A stretch of 62,062 nt of DNA, the filler included, from Choristocarpus tenellus KU-1152 (Eukaryota; Protista; Phaeophyceae), in assembly GCA_964200185.2 (NCBI GenBank). It is 9 parts of 9 records of this genome, joined end to end, with 100 filler letters (N's around TTAATTAATTAA, not from the genome) between each part and the next. Parts side by side here need not be neighbours in the genome. Positions count along the whole stretch, not along the records: positions 35,009 to 41,828 come from CAXNAD020007280.1; positions 41,929 to 47,846 come from CAXNAD020009418.1; positions 47,947 to 54,277 come from CAXNAD020008365.1; 6 more parts are not named here. One strand, written 5' to 3'. Below the pieces are notes generated by a model. That model worked only from the letters and a program-made list of their open reading frames with translations. It was not told where the DNA came from and did not search any database. The number at the start of each line of letters is the position of its first letter. Position 1 is the stretch's first letter. Positions 41,181 through 54,211 of the stretch are shown piece after piece. The translations under genes and the position numbers were made by a program.

Positions 41181-41959
41181 TTCGTTGGTCGTGGTACGGA
41201 TTTACTCTTCTATCGTTTCAATTGCTACCCACTTTGCATTTTCTAGAACACTCTCTTTTGCCGCTTCCTCTTTTTAGCCCTCGATGCACTACTGTGTATA
41301 CTGAATATATCGTGATCGTACTCCCAAGTATGTCCAGGTAGGTATGTGTACTTTGTAAACAGTACTCTTGCTTCATTATTACAATCAAGGAGCTGTGTTT
41401 TGGGTCCCGTTAAATTAAATACTGGTTTTGTGAATTGTAGCGATTGAATCTTTAAGATTCGAATAGATTAATGGCAATCTTGTTCCATGTCCCTGTGGTC
41501 TCTTAGACAACAGTTTTGTGAAGTGGCTTGTACTTGCTACCAGCATTGATAGTGAATATGAGAACAGGAACCTGCTCCTTATCATGTCCCATCCCTTGAC
41601 CAAAGTGTGTGCGAACTAGGGGTTGTGGTACTTACGCCACTGGTTCAACTCTGTTCATTTTTTTTTTTTGTAGAGGTCCAGGGGAGTCACTATTTACTGC
41701 TCACAGTCGATATGTCAAGATAGTTGAGCCTGTTATGGGAGGCGTTTCTTCACATGCGTCACCTTTTTTTCATGGGGGGGGGGGGGGGGTGACCTTTATT
41801 AAAGTAAATTTTTGCAAAACAAAAAAAANNNNNNNNNNNNNNNNNNNNNNNNNNNNNNNNNNNNNNNNNNNNTTAATTAATTAANNNNNNNNNNNNNNNN
41901 NNNNNNNNNNNNNNNNNNNNNNNNNNNNCGAAATAGTTTTGAACAAAAATATATCCCGT

Positions 41960-42089
41960 TCAAAAAGGGACCCTTAAAAAGTGCCGAAACATTTACGAAA
42001 AAAAAACAAATGGACACTTCCCGCGCTCAATTTTGGGTCAAACCCTTCCTCCATAGTATGCTCCATCCTCAATTTTGCTGAGAGGCTGT
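41960..42089 (+). mobile_element. Repeat family H, copy 2 (terminus)
   Basis: Matches about 440-569. Ends GGCTGT followed by TAA (42090-42092). Confidence 0.7.
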
Positions 42090-45000
42090 TAATTGTAACG
42101 CTAAATGCAGGTTGTGTATACTCCCTAATAATAGTTTGAAGTAGTACCATAGCCATGGTGACACTGTTAACCCACCCGCTCTTGTTCTCTCCTAAGCGAC
42201 ATCAAATGTTTGGACAAGTTGCACAGCCACCACTGCCAATAGTGGCCTGCAGCGCAACACCTGGATGATAGACGAAGATTCTTACCATTGACGACTCTAT
42301 CCCCCCCTTCCCCTCCCCAACTTATCCTTCAGTGTGAACAATGCTCTTGGAGGGATAGGAAATTAGGAGCATTCATCTCCCTACAAATGACAAGCGAAAG
42401 GGTGACAATCTAATACATTCGGGAGTAATATTGTATGCAATATATGAATTAACAAGTACATAAATAAGAGGGTGCCCCTCCATATGAGCCTGTGTGGAGA
42501 GAGGCAGAACATGCTATGACAAACGACCTAAAACTGTCTTTCACAGTGTCCATACCTGATGTGGCCGTTATTGCTCTCTCTTACGAAGTTGAGTTGAGGA
42601 GTTGAGATGTACTAGTCCTTAAGAGTGGGACGTCTGTAGGCAGCAGGGAACGCATCATGGAGTTGAGCACCCAATGGCCACGGCAACAACATCAAAACTT
42701 ACGGAAACATTTAGAAGCACAGAAGTGCCACCTCTCTAGAAATCTAACTGCAATGTCCTCTTTAGGTAATCTCACCCGTATGTCCCCGCAGTGAATTGAT
42801 CCTTGTGTTCAATACTTGTTATCCCTTGCCTTGTCGCATCACATTCTAGCCAACACCAATTATCTATAGGTCTCCCAGGTCATCAGGTCATGTGGGATAA
42901 ACATATTCTGACGCAAGTGGCTTAGCTAGCATTGCCATGGACACTCCTATTTACTATTTTGTGTTATGCCATCGCACTACCACATGTGATACCAATTTAA
43001 ATTGAACACATGTAATGATCTGCAGCACCAAATACTGTACAATAAATAAAATACAGATTCAGTAGTGTGGCAAGATTAGGGGAGATTGATATCTCTTTCC
43101 CTCAAACAAATGCCACCTTTCTGTCTATTGGTAGTGCAGGTAATTTTAGGTATCACAAGGGGGTAGAAGATATACCTAACACAGGAGATACCAGCAAAGA
43201 CAACGCGTCTGTTGCCTCAGATTTGAACAATGTGGTTCCCAATTTTGCGGAGATTTTTTTCACCTAGTATGTCGGATAGGAATGCACACCATTATAAAGA
43301 AGCAGAGGCAGAAGAGGGGAGGATTTAACCTACCCAAAGAATGAGAAGGGCAGTCTCCGAGAAAAAAACGAAGTCTTAATTACAGCATGATACGATGTAT
43401 AATCACAACAGAATTATCAGTCAAGACTCCTCGTTCTGAAGTAATTTGGCAGTATCCCTTCAACTTTGGGTTTGACGTTTGCAAGACGCCAAGCCCACCC
43501 AAGTCATACCTATCTTCAGGTGGATAATGAAAAAGTAAATTTTTCAGTCATGATTGGCTTCAGCAGGGTTGATTCAAAGGTTTACGACCAGGTTCCATGT
43601 TACTGTAAGAAAAAATGATGACATGGTGAGTTAAGGACACACAATAAAGGGTGCTAAGGAAGGGGGATGTCCACCCAACGATGGGAGGACGGGTACATTC
43701 AACATAAATGGAATAATGGGAAGGAGCACACAACCAAGTATGAATTACAATGATGCTCCAAGTGTGAATCGACTGAAGCTGGTGTTGGAACTTGTGGTGA
43801 GAACCAAGGCAGAGTACAGCCAGTTTATGACATACATGTCAACATGAAGGGAGCTCTAAGAGTGAAGATTGAATCAGATATTTCCCAAACAAAATAGGGG
43901 TAAGTGATGGATGGCAATTATTGATACTACATCACAAGTTATGTACGAACTTTTAGAGAATGGCGACTTTCCCCGACAAACACGCTGACTTGTAGCTAGG
44001 AAAGTATAATCCGGAGTACCTACACAGTGCTGTTATAGGAACCGCAATCATAATGTGTCTTGCCAAATCTTTTTACGAGTAACAAGATGCAGGGGTTACC
44101 AATTGAGAACGATGCAAAACAGGAGGAATTTGACACATGCAAAGAGGTGATGCACCAGTAAAATGGTTTACAATTCAAAATTACGGTCGAGAATATGCAC
44201 CTTCCGTTTCAAGACCGGCATTCACCTACTTCCTAATCAACGTATGGTACACACTTCAGAGTCACTTCCAATGATTCCCAAGCAGCATAGACTACTAGCA
44301 GCAAGGGAGTCTGTCAAGCACTCCATGGGCAGACAAGAAATAGCGAGCAAATTGGCCTAGTGACTTAGTCGACCAGCCACTCTTCCTCCCCCCACATGCG
44401 AAACACCCACTGCATCCTTTCACAAAAGGACCCAACACGATTAAAAACTCTCGTGGGCTCAACCTTGGCACTAAGCAAAGTCATTAGAGAGTCAACACAT
44501 GAGCTCGTGTTTACAAATATCACACAGTCAAACTACCTCACCATGACGTGCACCTTTCACTACCTAGCATGTTTCCCCCATCAAAACATCTTGAGAAGAT
44601 AATATTGTAACACACCATCCCTGTTTCGATGATATCCCACCTACACCACAATAATCAAAACACAAGAAGGAAAAGAACAAATACAAAATGTTGCAGCTCT
44701 GAAGGCCAAGCAACTGTTTGCAACATAGGCGTTTTCACCAGCGCCAAACCCCTTGCCAAAAGAGAACAGCAGAAATGCTTACAATCCAACAAAACTACTC
44801 AGAAAGACCCCTACATATTGCACAGTGAGCTAGCTACTTGTATTGCAAAAAGGTATTCCCAATTGCCACAACAGAGGGAAAGCACGGCAGGCAATAGACA
44901 GTGTGTATTACTATGCTTCGTTTCTCATCATGACCATACACACCACTATCACCTGGTCCTTATCTGGGAGAGACACAAGGTCATATTTACTATCTCCTTT

Positions 45001-45176
45001 GGCTTATTTCCTCAAACCAATGGCAAGGAAAATAATGACAATGAATTGCTGCACAGCACCACCAATCAATCTCTTGAACACTCGGGGGTTTGTTCACTTC
45101 CTATTCAAGGAGGGAAGCATCTTATGCAAGGGAGAGGGAGAGCGAGAGATGCGAAGGGTGATAATCCAATGGGTGC

Positions 45177-47477
45177 TCACTTGGAACGGCCATAGATCTT
45201 GTCGATAAACTGGTCAAACACCTTTAAGACATGAGCAGCAATAGGAAAGGAGTCGAAAAAAATGGAGGGGAGCCAAGTTGGAGCAGAGAAGTGACAGCTT
45301 CAACTCTACAGGGGCAGTCAAATTGTGAAAGGTTGGAGGCTTGAGAGGTATACACCCATTACACAGGGTTTCTGAGGCTCATAAGAATCCTGGCTTACAT
45401 TGCTTGTTCAGTGTTTTTGGTGTATATTCAATGAAACCTTTATGTCCTGTAGTACAAATCATCACTTCTAGCACAGCCTAATCAACACCATTGCAAAATA
45501 AAGTCCGTACACTCAGTTTTACATGCATGCAGATATGGCACCATTGAAAGTATTCACTACTACATACTGAGTAGTACTACTATCTTGTATTACATACTAT
45601 TGAGTGCTTTAAAGGTGCATTGCAACCCATCACAATGATGAACGCTTAATAGACATGCCTAGAAACCTTAACCCCAATGGATATGATAGAGGGGATGTGT
45701 CAGCCTCAGCACATTAAACAAGACTAAGCTGTGCTCAGACAGTGGACTAATTTTGAGATCGCATGAGCTTGGGGAATGGGACATCTCAGCTCACCGCCCG
45801 AGGAATGTCGTCGACCTTGGCAATGAGGGCCTTGATTTCCTTGAAGGTCTTCTCCTCAAACTCCTTGTAGGCGCCCTCAAGATCTAGCTCCCTGTACAAC
45901 GCTTTAATTTTCTCGATCTTGAACATAAACAATAAATAGAAGTGAAAATGAGCGTAATCCTTTTTACCAAAAAAAATATACATGGAACATAGAAGTGAGC
46001 TTATTATATTTTTCCACAATTGCATCCAATCCGTATCATTTTCCATCGGTCAGTATGTATAGTGATGGAAATAAAAGCGCCCCACTCCACACAGTACAAA
46101 ATTGCACTAACCAAGCCTTGACGGCAACGAGATATCTACAACCACTTCTTCAGAGCTTCACAATGGAATAGGTGTAGCTACAGTAAGTCTCATCTTCATT
46201 GGCCCAGCTACTCTATAGGTGAGAAGGCTGCTTCTTGTGCCATCTCCTGGTACTAACCTATCAACAAGGTAAACAAAACATTTTGTACAAGGTAGAAGCA
46301 CAAGGAGGAAGAGGATACGAAGAACGGCGGATAAAAATCAAATGCAAGAAGTTCAGAGAGGTTGCCAAACTAATTCAGGTAGGAGAAGTGTTCACTCTGA
46401 AACTTTGCTGTACAAAACCTTGGAGTCATCATGCTGGGCATAGTTGGCAAGGAGGACAGCCTTTTGCTCTGGGGTGGCGCGTTCCAGTGCCTGAACCACT
46501 AGCCAGCTGCACTTGTTATCCTGGATATCTGTGCCCACCTGCAGAGAAGTGGGAAGGGTCAGAGAGAAGAGGAAAGGGAAGATTGCAAAGCTGGTCGTTC
46601 TGTATCTGTAGCTGCTATGAAGTAACTGCTGATTTTTTGCGATGGTTATACAAGCACAGACCTGATAACGTACTATAACAGATAAGCATAGTTTTGGGGA
46701 CTTCTTCATGAGCAGTAAGCATGAAAAAATGTTTCAGAAGGGGGAGAGGAGAGGGCATGTATTATAGAATAGGCAGGGGGCTGTGCAAGGGTCGTAGTGA
46801 TGCCAACCATTTATGTTGCCATGGGAAATTGGCAGGAAGAAAGAGGCAATGACAAGAGACACGATAAACAAGGACTATCTCACCCACCCATATTTCCAAT
46901 ATGAGAACAGAAAACTCCGATGAATAAAACAATAGCATTTTGTTCCTTGAGGCACATGGAACAGGGGGCTAAGCACATCCCAGAAGGAACAAAAGACCCC
47001 CCCTAGCACAGAAACGCCTCAAAACGTAACAATTGTTTTATGCAACTCTTACCTTTGACCCCCTTGAACATTCTCAACAAACTCTACTCACAGGTACAAT
47101 CATACCTGCTGGCTACTCCAACACCATAGTCATTGCTACAAAGAATGGTGAAGACATCAGCTTGAGAAAAAAAAAGATCAGGAATGCATGGCACGGCAAG
47201 GGCTTCTTTTTTACGACAGTCTTGAAGGATTGAGTGGGTCGTGGCGTATATTAATGGCAGGGACACCTTGCCGATGGTCTCTGGGTCTCCAAAGCAGTCG
47301 AGGTAATCATCCTGAATCTGGAAGAACTCTCCAATTTGAACACAGATGTCCTTTGCAAGACGGAAGCTTGAGGGGTCCTTCACGCCGTAGTATATCATGC
47401 CGATGGCACAAGGGAGGTAGAAAGTGTAGAAGGCTGTCTTGTATGTCACAATCATCCGGTAGCGGGATGGTGTGAAC
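45177..47477 (-). CDS. FDPS: Farnesyl diphosphate synthase, last four exons
   Basis: Exons 47477-47267 ([14 protein letters not shown]...[20 protein letters not shown], second Asp-rich motif), 46538-46419 ([13 protein letters not shown]), 45917-45795 and 45221-45177 ([14 protein letters not shown], the basic FPPS C-terminus). Confidence 0.97.
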
Positions 47478-47747
47478 CTATGTCAGCGTCAAGGGCCAAG
47501 GGTTGGAATGAGGTTGGTGTTAAAACCTCCTACAGAACGGGAGCATCATTGGCGTAGGACTAGGTACGTTTGAGCAAAGCAAACCTGATCAGCTTTGCAG
47601 TGGTGGAAGGCAGCGGGGATTAGGGAAGTAAGGCCAGTTGAATCTCAAGCTTGGTCCCTCATGTTATCTCCATGACCCAGTACACTGCAAAGGAGGCCCA
47701 ATGAACACACCAACACGAAGTTTCTTTGCTGAAGGCAGCAGTACATT

Positions 47748-47761
47748 GGGTCAAAGTATCT

Positions 47762-47790
<29 letters not shown>
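47748..47790 (+). mobile_element. Terminus of poly-G TIR family inside an FPPS intron
   Basis: GGGTCAAAGTATCT followed by a long G run at the contig end. Confidence 0.7.
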
Positions 47791-47794
<4 letters not shown>

Positions 47795-47946
47795 TGTTTC
47801 CCTTTTTTTTTTTTTTTTTTTTTTGTGGTGGTGTGTGGGGTGGTGGNNNNNNNNNNNNNNNNNNNNNNNNNNNNNNNNNNNNNNNNNNNNTTAATTAATT
47901 AANNNNNNNNNNNNNNNNNNNNNNNNNNNNNNNNNNNNNNNNNNNN

Positions 47947-48486
47947 GGGGCATATCGCAACACCCAATATATCGGGCATGACTAAGTTATTCGTACAAAG
48001 AGATCGATCATCATATGATGACATTACTTACATGCATTCAATGTTAGCTTCTTCTTCTACCTGGCGACGATATCAATAATTGATAAAACAGTGTAATAAT
48101 ATGGGAAAATAACACTTCTTCTCTTCTTCTTATTATCAGTCAAACTTCCATAATGACGATGAAACGCCGCCCCTAAAGACACTACTTCGAAGTACTATTT
48201 TTTCTACCGCATCCACCATCGACAGTCAAACGACTCCACCGACCGCACTCTAGTTATTCAAGCAAGCAAGCCAACGCAGGGCATGCACGACGATTAAACG
48301 AAATCATTGCCGCCCCCCACACACTGTACTACTACCACATCTGGCACGGATTCCCATTCAAAAAGGGGCCCTCAATAGGTGCCGCAACATTTACAAAAAA
48401 AAACATATCAGCACTTTTTCCCCACCATTTTCGGTCCAACCCATCCTCAATAGTACGCTCCATCCTCAATCTTTAAAATCCCCTGT
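47947..48486 (+). mobile_element. Repeat family H, copy 3 (terminus)
   Basis: Colinear with 50-569. Ends CCTGT followed by TTA (48487-48489). Confidence 0.7.
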
Positions 48487-49317
48487 TTATTGGGGGTCAC
48501 CATATCGTAAAAAAAACACTACCTGTTCAAACTTCTTCCCATCTACTACTACTACTACTTCTACTATTATAAACCAGGATTAGAAGTGAAGCCAAGGATA
48601 TTCTGTTCATCCTATCTAAACGTGCAAGTTACAATGACATGCTTCTCTTCATGGATGGCAGCGGATCTAACAGTCCGCCAGAAATCCACTGATGACATGC
48701 CATGCACAAAAAAGCCTTACAGGTTAATAGTCCCTGCCCGGTTTACTACAGACAATAACAAAGACTAGCAGTTATCAAATTTTCTCCATCTACATAGTGG
48801 GTTATGTAGCATATGCACCGCAAAGGAATAAGGTAGAAAAGACACACTTCCACATCTTTTGTGTAAAAAAATGCACAAGCAGGAGTTCATCCCACATAAA
48901 CCCATTAGGAAGAATCAGACAGGTCGATAGGCCCACCGCCTTGTATGCTTAGACAATGCCAAAGGCCAGCAGCTACCAAAATATCGTCATCCAGGTGTTG
49001 GTTCATGCAGCATATCCAAGTGTGCAAAGAAAGAATGATAAAAAAGACAAACACATATTTTCATTAATTAAAACACGCAACAGGGATTGATCCCACAGCA
49101 GCACATTTAACTGTATACTATCGAGGCAGAGTCACAAGAACTAAAACACACGTGGTTCGAGAGGCAGCTTCTGTCCCTAATTCCACACACTTCACAAAAT
49201 GACTAGGAACACAACTCCAGCAACCTGCCTTGCTGAGGGATATATATATCCATGCACGCCTCGATCCATCTACCATGTAACTATCCTCAACCAAGAAGGC
49301 GACTTGAGGCTTGTCTC

Positions 49318-51925
49318 TCATGACCAGAATGGATCCTACCATGGCGCAGACACAAACACACACACACATCCAGTTGCATGGATCATACACCAAACACCGA
49401 ACAAGTCAATGGAGCAGAAAAAGCAAAGTGGATGGTGTTGGTTAGCTTGGGAAAGTTGTAGTTTGTTCAGATGCAATAGTATAGGGCAACTCAGAATGTA
49501 CAAGGAAAAGCAGGCATGTGGAGAGGGAGAGCGAGAGAGTAAGGAAGAGTAATATTGATACCTGAAAAAATGTGGGGGGTAGGGAGCACTGTCAGCGGAG
49601 CAAATACATACTATTGGTTCGATCCGAAAAATAGACCATCCCATTGGTGTAAATACTCCTAACTGTACCCCCCCAACCCACTGAACCTTGGTATTAATCT
49701 TCAGATAGGAGATTGGTGATGAGCCCATGCAGGCAATGTTCTTCCTCATCCTACAACCTGTGCTATGTGGCATGGTGGAAAATAGTCCATAGTTTGGGGA
49801 TACATAATCAAGAGCAAAGCATGAACAAACACCGACAGCTCAAGAGCACACTAGAATGCAGAAAACAATGTTACCAACAAAAGCAACCCTCAGTTCCAAC
49901 CAAAAGAGCATAATCTCAGAGTTCGACAACCCACCTCTGCTTCAACAGGCGCAGTGTCAACAACATTAGGTTTCACCACATCAGAGAGGTCAACAGGTTC
50001 ACCGTTAGCCCAGTAGTTGTCAAGGTCATAGTAATCCCTACTCTTGGGGGTCATGACATGTACAACAATGTCTCCATAGTCCAGGACAAGCCAGCCACTC
50101 TCCGGTGTTCCCTTAGAGTTACAGACAACGGGGGCAAGGGTTGATATTACTTACACAATGAACCGCAGAAACAGAAAGCTCTAATCTATATGTATGGCAA
50201 ATCTGGCCCAGAGCATCGCCCAGGGCTAAATCTTGTTAATCAGGAGGATATACTATCTTAGGGGCAAGAACTATATGAAGAAAACAAATAGATACGAGGC
50301 AGACCAATACTATCAAAAGTTAAAGACAGAGTGTTCCCAAGCATTCCCTGAAACCTACATATCAAGTGCTAGACCGCTTAAACTCTGAGAAGACTGCCCA
50401 TGCATCAGTTATGCCCATCGACAACACATACACACCAACCAGGTTGTGTCTATGCCACCACTCACATGCAGGTGGTGAAAAATATACAAAAAAATTTAGG
50501 TCAATAGACCTGACTGCGCATAAACATTTCACATCAGATTCAGCCAATAGGACAATGTGACTCGGCAACCTTCAGGTAAAACTCTGTATCATTTAGATAT
50601 TACTGTTTTCTACTCCAGTACATGCATTAGCAATTTCATTCTTGCAGAGCAGTTGAGGACAAGAAACCAAACCAAAACAACACCATGGTACAGATAGGCT
50701 TGTTTAATTCCCTACCCTTTCCAAGGCATACACTGCAATTCAGTTCTTGTGCCCCCATCCAGCTCACAAATACACAAATTTAAATCCATGTATCATAAAC
50801 ACAACACTATCTTTTTTCAGCATTTGGCAATCGGATTGCTACGGCAAAGACCTTGCATAGCTTTACCTAACAACACATGTCATTTAATTGCTTGACACTG
50901 TGCCCACTCCTACAACAGCACACCTTAAGCCACTAAGTGTTCATCTCATGCAGCATCTTCCCCCAGACAGAGACACCACACATACAATACGGGGGACCTA
51001 ACCACATGTACTTGTCAGATAACGCAATAACAAAATTTCTCCCTTTCAAAATCACATCTTTGGCCGTCTAGTACAAAGGATCACTCTCTCTCTCATGTAC
51101 CTGATCACGATGCAGGAATGTTGTACATTTGCACTTCCATATTACCCACACACATCATACAATCACTGTACGAGAGATGAGCTGGACGTGGCATGACCCT
51201 GAAGACACAACCAACCAACAGTGGCATAAACACCCTATCTAAATTTCGTCCGTCAGACACAGAATGACATCGGAGACGACCCACTACTTTTGAGAAAAAT
51301 AAACTAATTAATTAAATCATACACATAAAAAACTCCATACATTGTTGTAGAAAAGGATCGACTTGCAGCTGCTTCATCAACAAAGCACAATAAACCCACA
51401 GAGTTAACCGCTGCTGATGCCAAAAAATAATTACCGTAGCTGCATACACTCCCACCCTCTCCCCCCCACTAAACCGCTATTTCTCCTCAATCTCAGGACC
51501 AGTCCCCAATATTTGCCAAACCGATTTTCCAGCAAACAAGGACGTGTCGAAGGCAGCAAATAACAAACGAACTAACCCTAACCCTACTATTATTGTAACA
51601 TACTCCAGAGCACCATAGGTAGTATCAACAGAACCAGGGGTGAAAATACAGCCCAAGATTCAGCATCCTACCGATTTTCGACGAGAAATCGAAAATCTCT
51701 CCAAACAACAAATTGGGGCATGAAAAAGGTTGGCACAATGATGAAGGCTGCACTCTTGGCATGCGGATACTGACAAACCACTGACCAAGCAAGTGAAAAA
51801 ATCCACTATACGGCTATCAACTCCTTTCATCACACTAGTAGTCTTGTCACAAGAACCTTACCACAGGGGGGGGGGGAATTGTGTTCGCATTTCTGAGTTG
51901 AAACACTCTCCAGAAAATAAAGAAT

Positions 51926-51981
<56 letters not shown>

Positions 51982-52143
51982 AATACAGTGCTTGCAATGC
52001 ACAACTCTCACCACAGAATGAGTCTTTCGCCCATGACGCTCCTCCATTTTTTCCTCTATATTCTGCACAATTGCCTGGTTCTGGGGCCGGCTGTTACCCT
52101 CCAGCATCACCATGTACTCAGTCACTGCGGTCAATCCCGCCAC
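49318..52143 (-). CDS. rsfS: Ribosome silencing factor RsfS/Iojap (organellar, likely plastid), 3' exons
   Basis: Exons 52143-52012 (VAGLTAVTEYMVMLEGNSRPQNQAIVQNIEE), 50111-49935 (GTPESGWLVLDYGDIVVHVMTPKSRDYYDLDNYW, the RsfS signature) and a probable terminal exon 49335-49318 (DPFWS*). 5' exons not found. Confidence 0.93.
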
Positions 52144-53295
52144 CTGACAGAACATACCAATTGTGTGGAGTGTTAGAGCAACAAAAGCGAAGATGTTTAT
52201 TTTATTTGGTCAGTCAAGCACCGATCAACCAATCCATTCAATTGAACAACGACCATGCACAGAGAGAGAGAGAGAGAGAGAAAGGAGGTAGTAGTGGGGG
52301 GTGGAGAGACTCGTCACATGGGACAAAGCTGGAAAAGTATGCTCTCTTTTATGCTGTATGGAGGGCGACCTAGAGGGGAAAGGAGACACAACAACTAGCA
52401 CACAACTAACGTTACCATAAACAAGACAGACACTACTACTGCTGAGGCCAGCACCATACCTGCAGCAGTCTGCCTGCCTTCCCCTAGGGCAAGGGGTTGC
52501 CCCAACCTACTCCTATGCAGGCTGCAAGGATCATGCCCTTGCTATTATTGCAGTGCTACTACTCCATACTTCATCACTTCCTGGTAGTACTTACAAGAGT
52601 TCAATCCATATGTATGGTCAGTCTGACAGATAAGATAGGGGTGCTAGACACACACAGAGTTTCTTCAGTTCGCGAGAAGCATGCCTGTGCATCAGAGAGA
52701 GAGAGAGAGAGAGAGCAAAACCCCTAGCCCTACAAAGGAAATTATAAAAAAAAATAAACAAAAACAAAACAGGGTCCAGAGCCACTGCCACCACATCACA
52801 CCTCGAAAAGTACATGTCCAAGTCAAACTCAAGGACATTCAAAGTCTAACACGCACCGGTCTTGCAATACGACTTATACAACTTCGCTACAATCCAAAAA
52901 ACATACTGACACAGCTCAGAGCACAACCCACTCACCCAAAAACTTGAAAAAAAAAACATGACACAATCACGCAAGCCCATTCAGTTCTCATAGACATACA
53001 CACACACATATATATATGAAGGTATTAACAGTAGTGATACAAAAAGGAAGGCATTTTTTAATTCTAACCCCCCCTCTCCTCTCCTCTCCTCTGTCAAGAC
53101 CTGACTGTCCCCAACGGCATTATGCCAACGTGGTGAGCGCTAGGGATCATGGACCCGTGTGCTATCTTTCTATCCATCTCTATACCAATAAAATGCCACA
53201 CTGAAGAACAGGGTATTGAGGCTCCATCCGACAGCGACACTGGGGCGGGTCCGACACAGGATACACAACGAGCACAATTTTTCAAAACGTTTATA

Positions 53296-53521
53296 TATAT
53301 ATATATGCACACTATTATTGTTATTATTATTATTACTACTACTACTACTTACTACTATGAAAAAAACACACATATATATGCACACTCTTATTGTCATTAT
53401 TATTATTATTGCTCCTACCACTACTTACTACTACGAAAAAAAAAACACACACACACACACATATATATGCACACAATTATTGCTATTATTATTATTATTA
53501 TTACTAATACTACTTACTACT
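53296..53521. repeat. Compound microsatellite unit repeated three times
   Basis: Unit (AT)nGCACAC-(TAT)n-(TAC)n-An-(CA)n of about 75-85 bp, three copies. Confidence 0.85.
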
Positions 53522-54141
53522 AGGCTCGAGGCAGGAGGCGGAGAGGCAAGCAGCGGGATGGACGAAACAAAACAGACGAGGAGATAGGGCACGAACAGAG
53601 GCAACAGTACGATTAGTTGTAGAACAAAAATTTAGAGTTAAACGATTTAGAGTTACGGTGCTTGGTATGAGCGGCATTGAAGTAAGTAGTACCTCTGACT
53701 ACAGTTCGGGGGTACTGTCCGGAGTGAAGTGGTAAAAATTATAATAAAAATAATAATAATAAAGTGTGCCTTTGTTCTTTCTGCGCAACAAGCAACCGTC
53801 GACGTGTGGCATGAACAAACAAACAAAAAACGTAGTGCCTCTTCACTGCTGCAGCGGCGAAGACTTAGGGTTAGGGTTTCAACACCTTCAGACGGGGAGA
53901 TCACTGCATCAAAAACCCAAAAGGAAGAGAGACCCCCTTGGCAAGGGACGCAGCGGCCCCGGGCGCTGAGGTAGAGGAGAAACCACAATATCGCCACTGC
54001 AACTGTCAAATGTATTAAAACAGCCTAACTTATCGCCAGGGTCGTAGCCTCTCACAGGACTACCTGCCTTGGTGCTATAATAGCGGCATATTGACATCAC
54101 ATTGACAAAGGATTTTGTGTGTATGTGTGTGTTTTACAACA

Positions 54142-54211
54142 GGCTCAAAGTATCTGAGGGGAGTGGCGGCTGTGGGTCAAAGTATCTGGGGGGGGGGGGC
54201 CGCGGCGGCCC
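54142..54211 (+). mobile_element. Two tandem termini of the poly-G TIR family
   Basis: GGCTCAAAGTATCTGAGGGG at 54142 and GGGTCAAAGTATCT-Gn at 54174. Confidence 0.7.

Noticed and set aside
39017-47477. Apparent isoprenoid/carotenoid gene cluster (CRTISO-like gene next to FPPS)
   Set aside because: The genes lie on different contigs separated by the artificial linker at 41829-41928, so no physical linkage is shown.
47790-47846. Homopolymer-rich stretches at contig ends (also about 10276-10480 and 54212-54277)
   Set aside because: Pattern typical of low-quality read tails after G/C runs, so not interpreted biologically.
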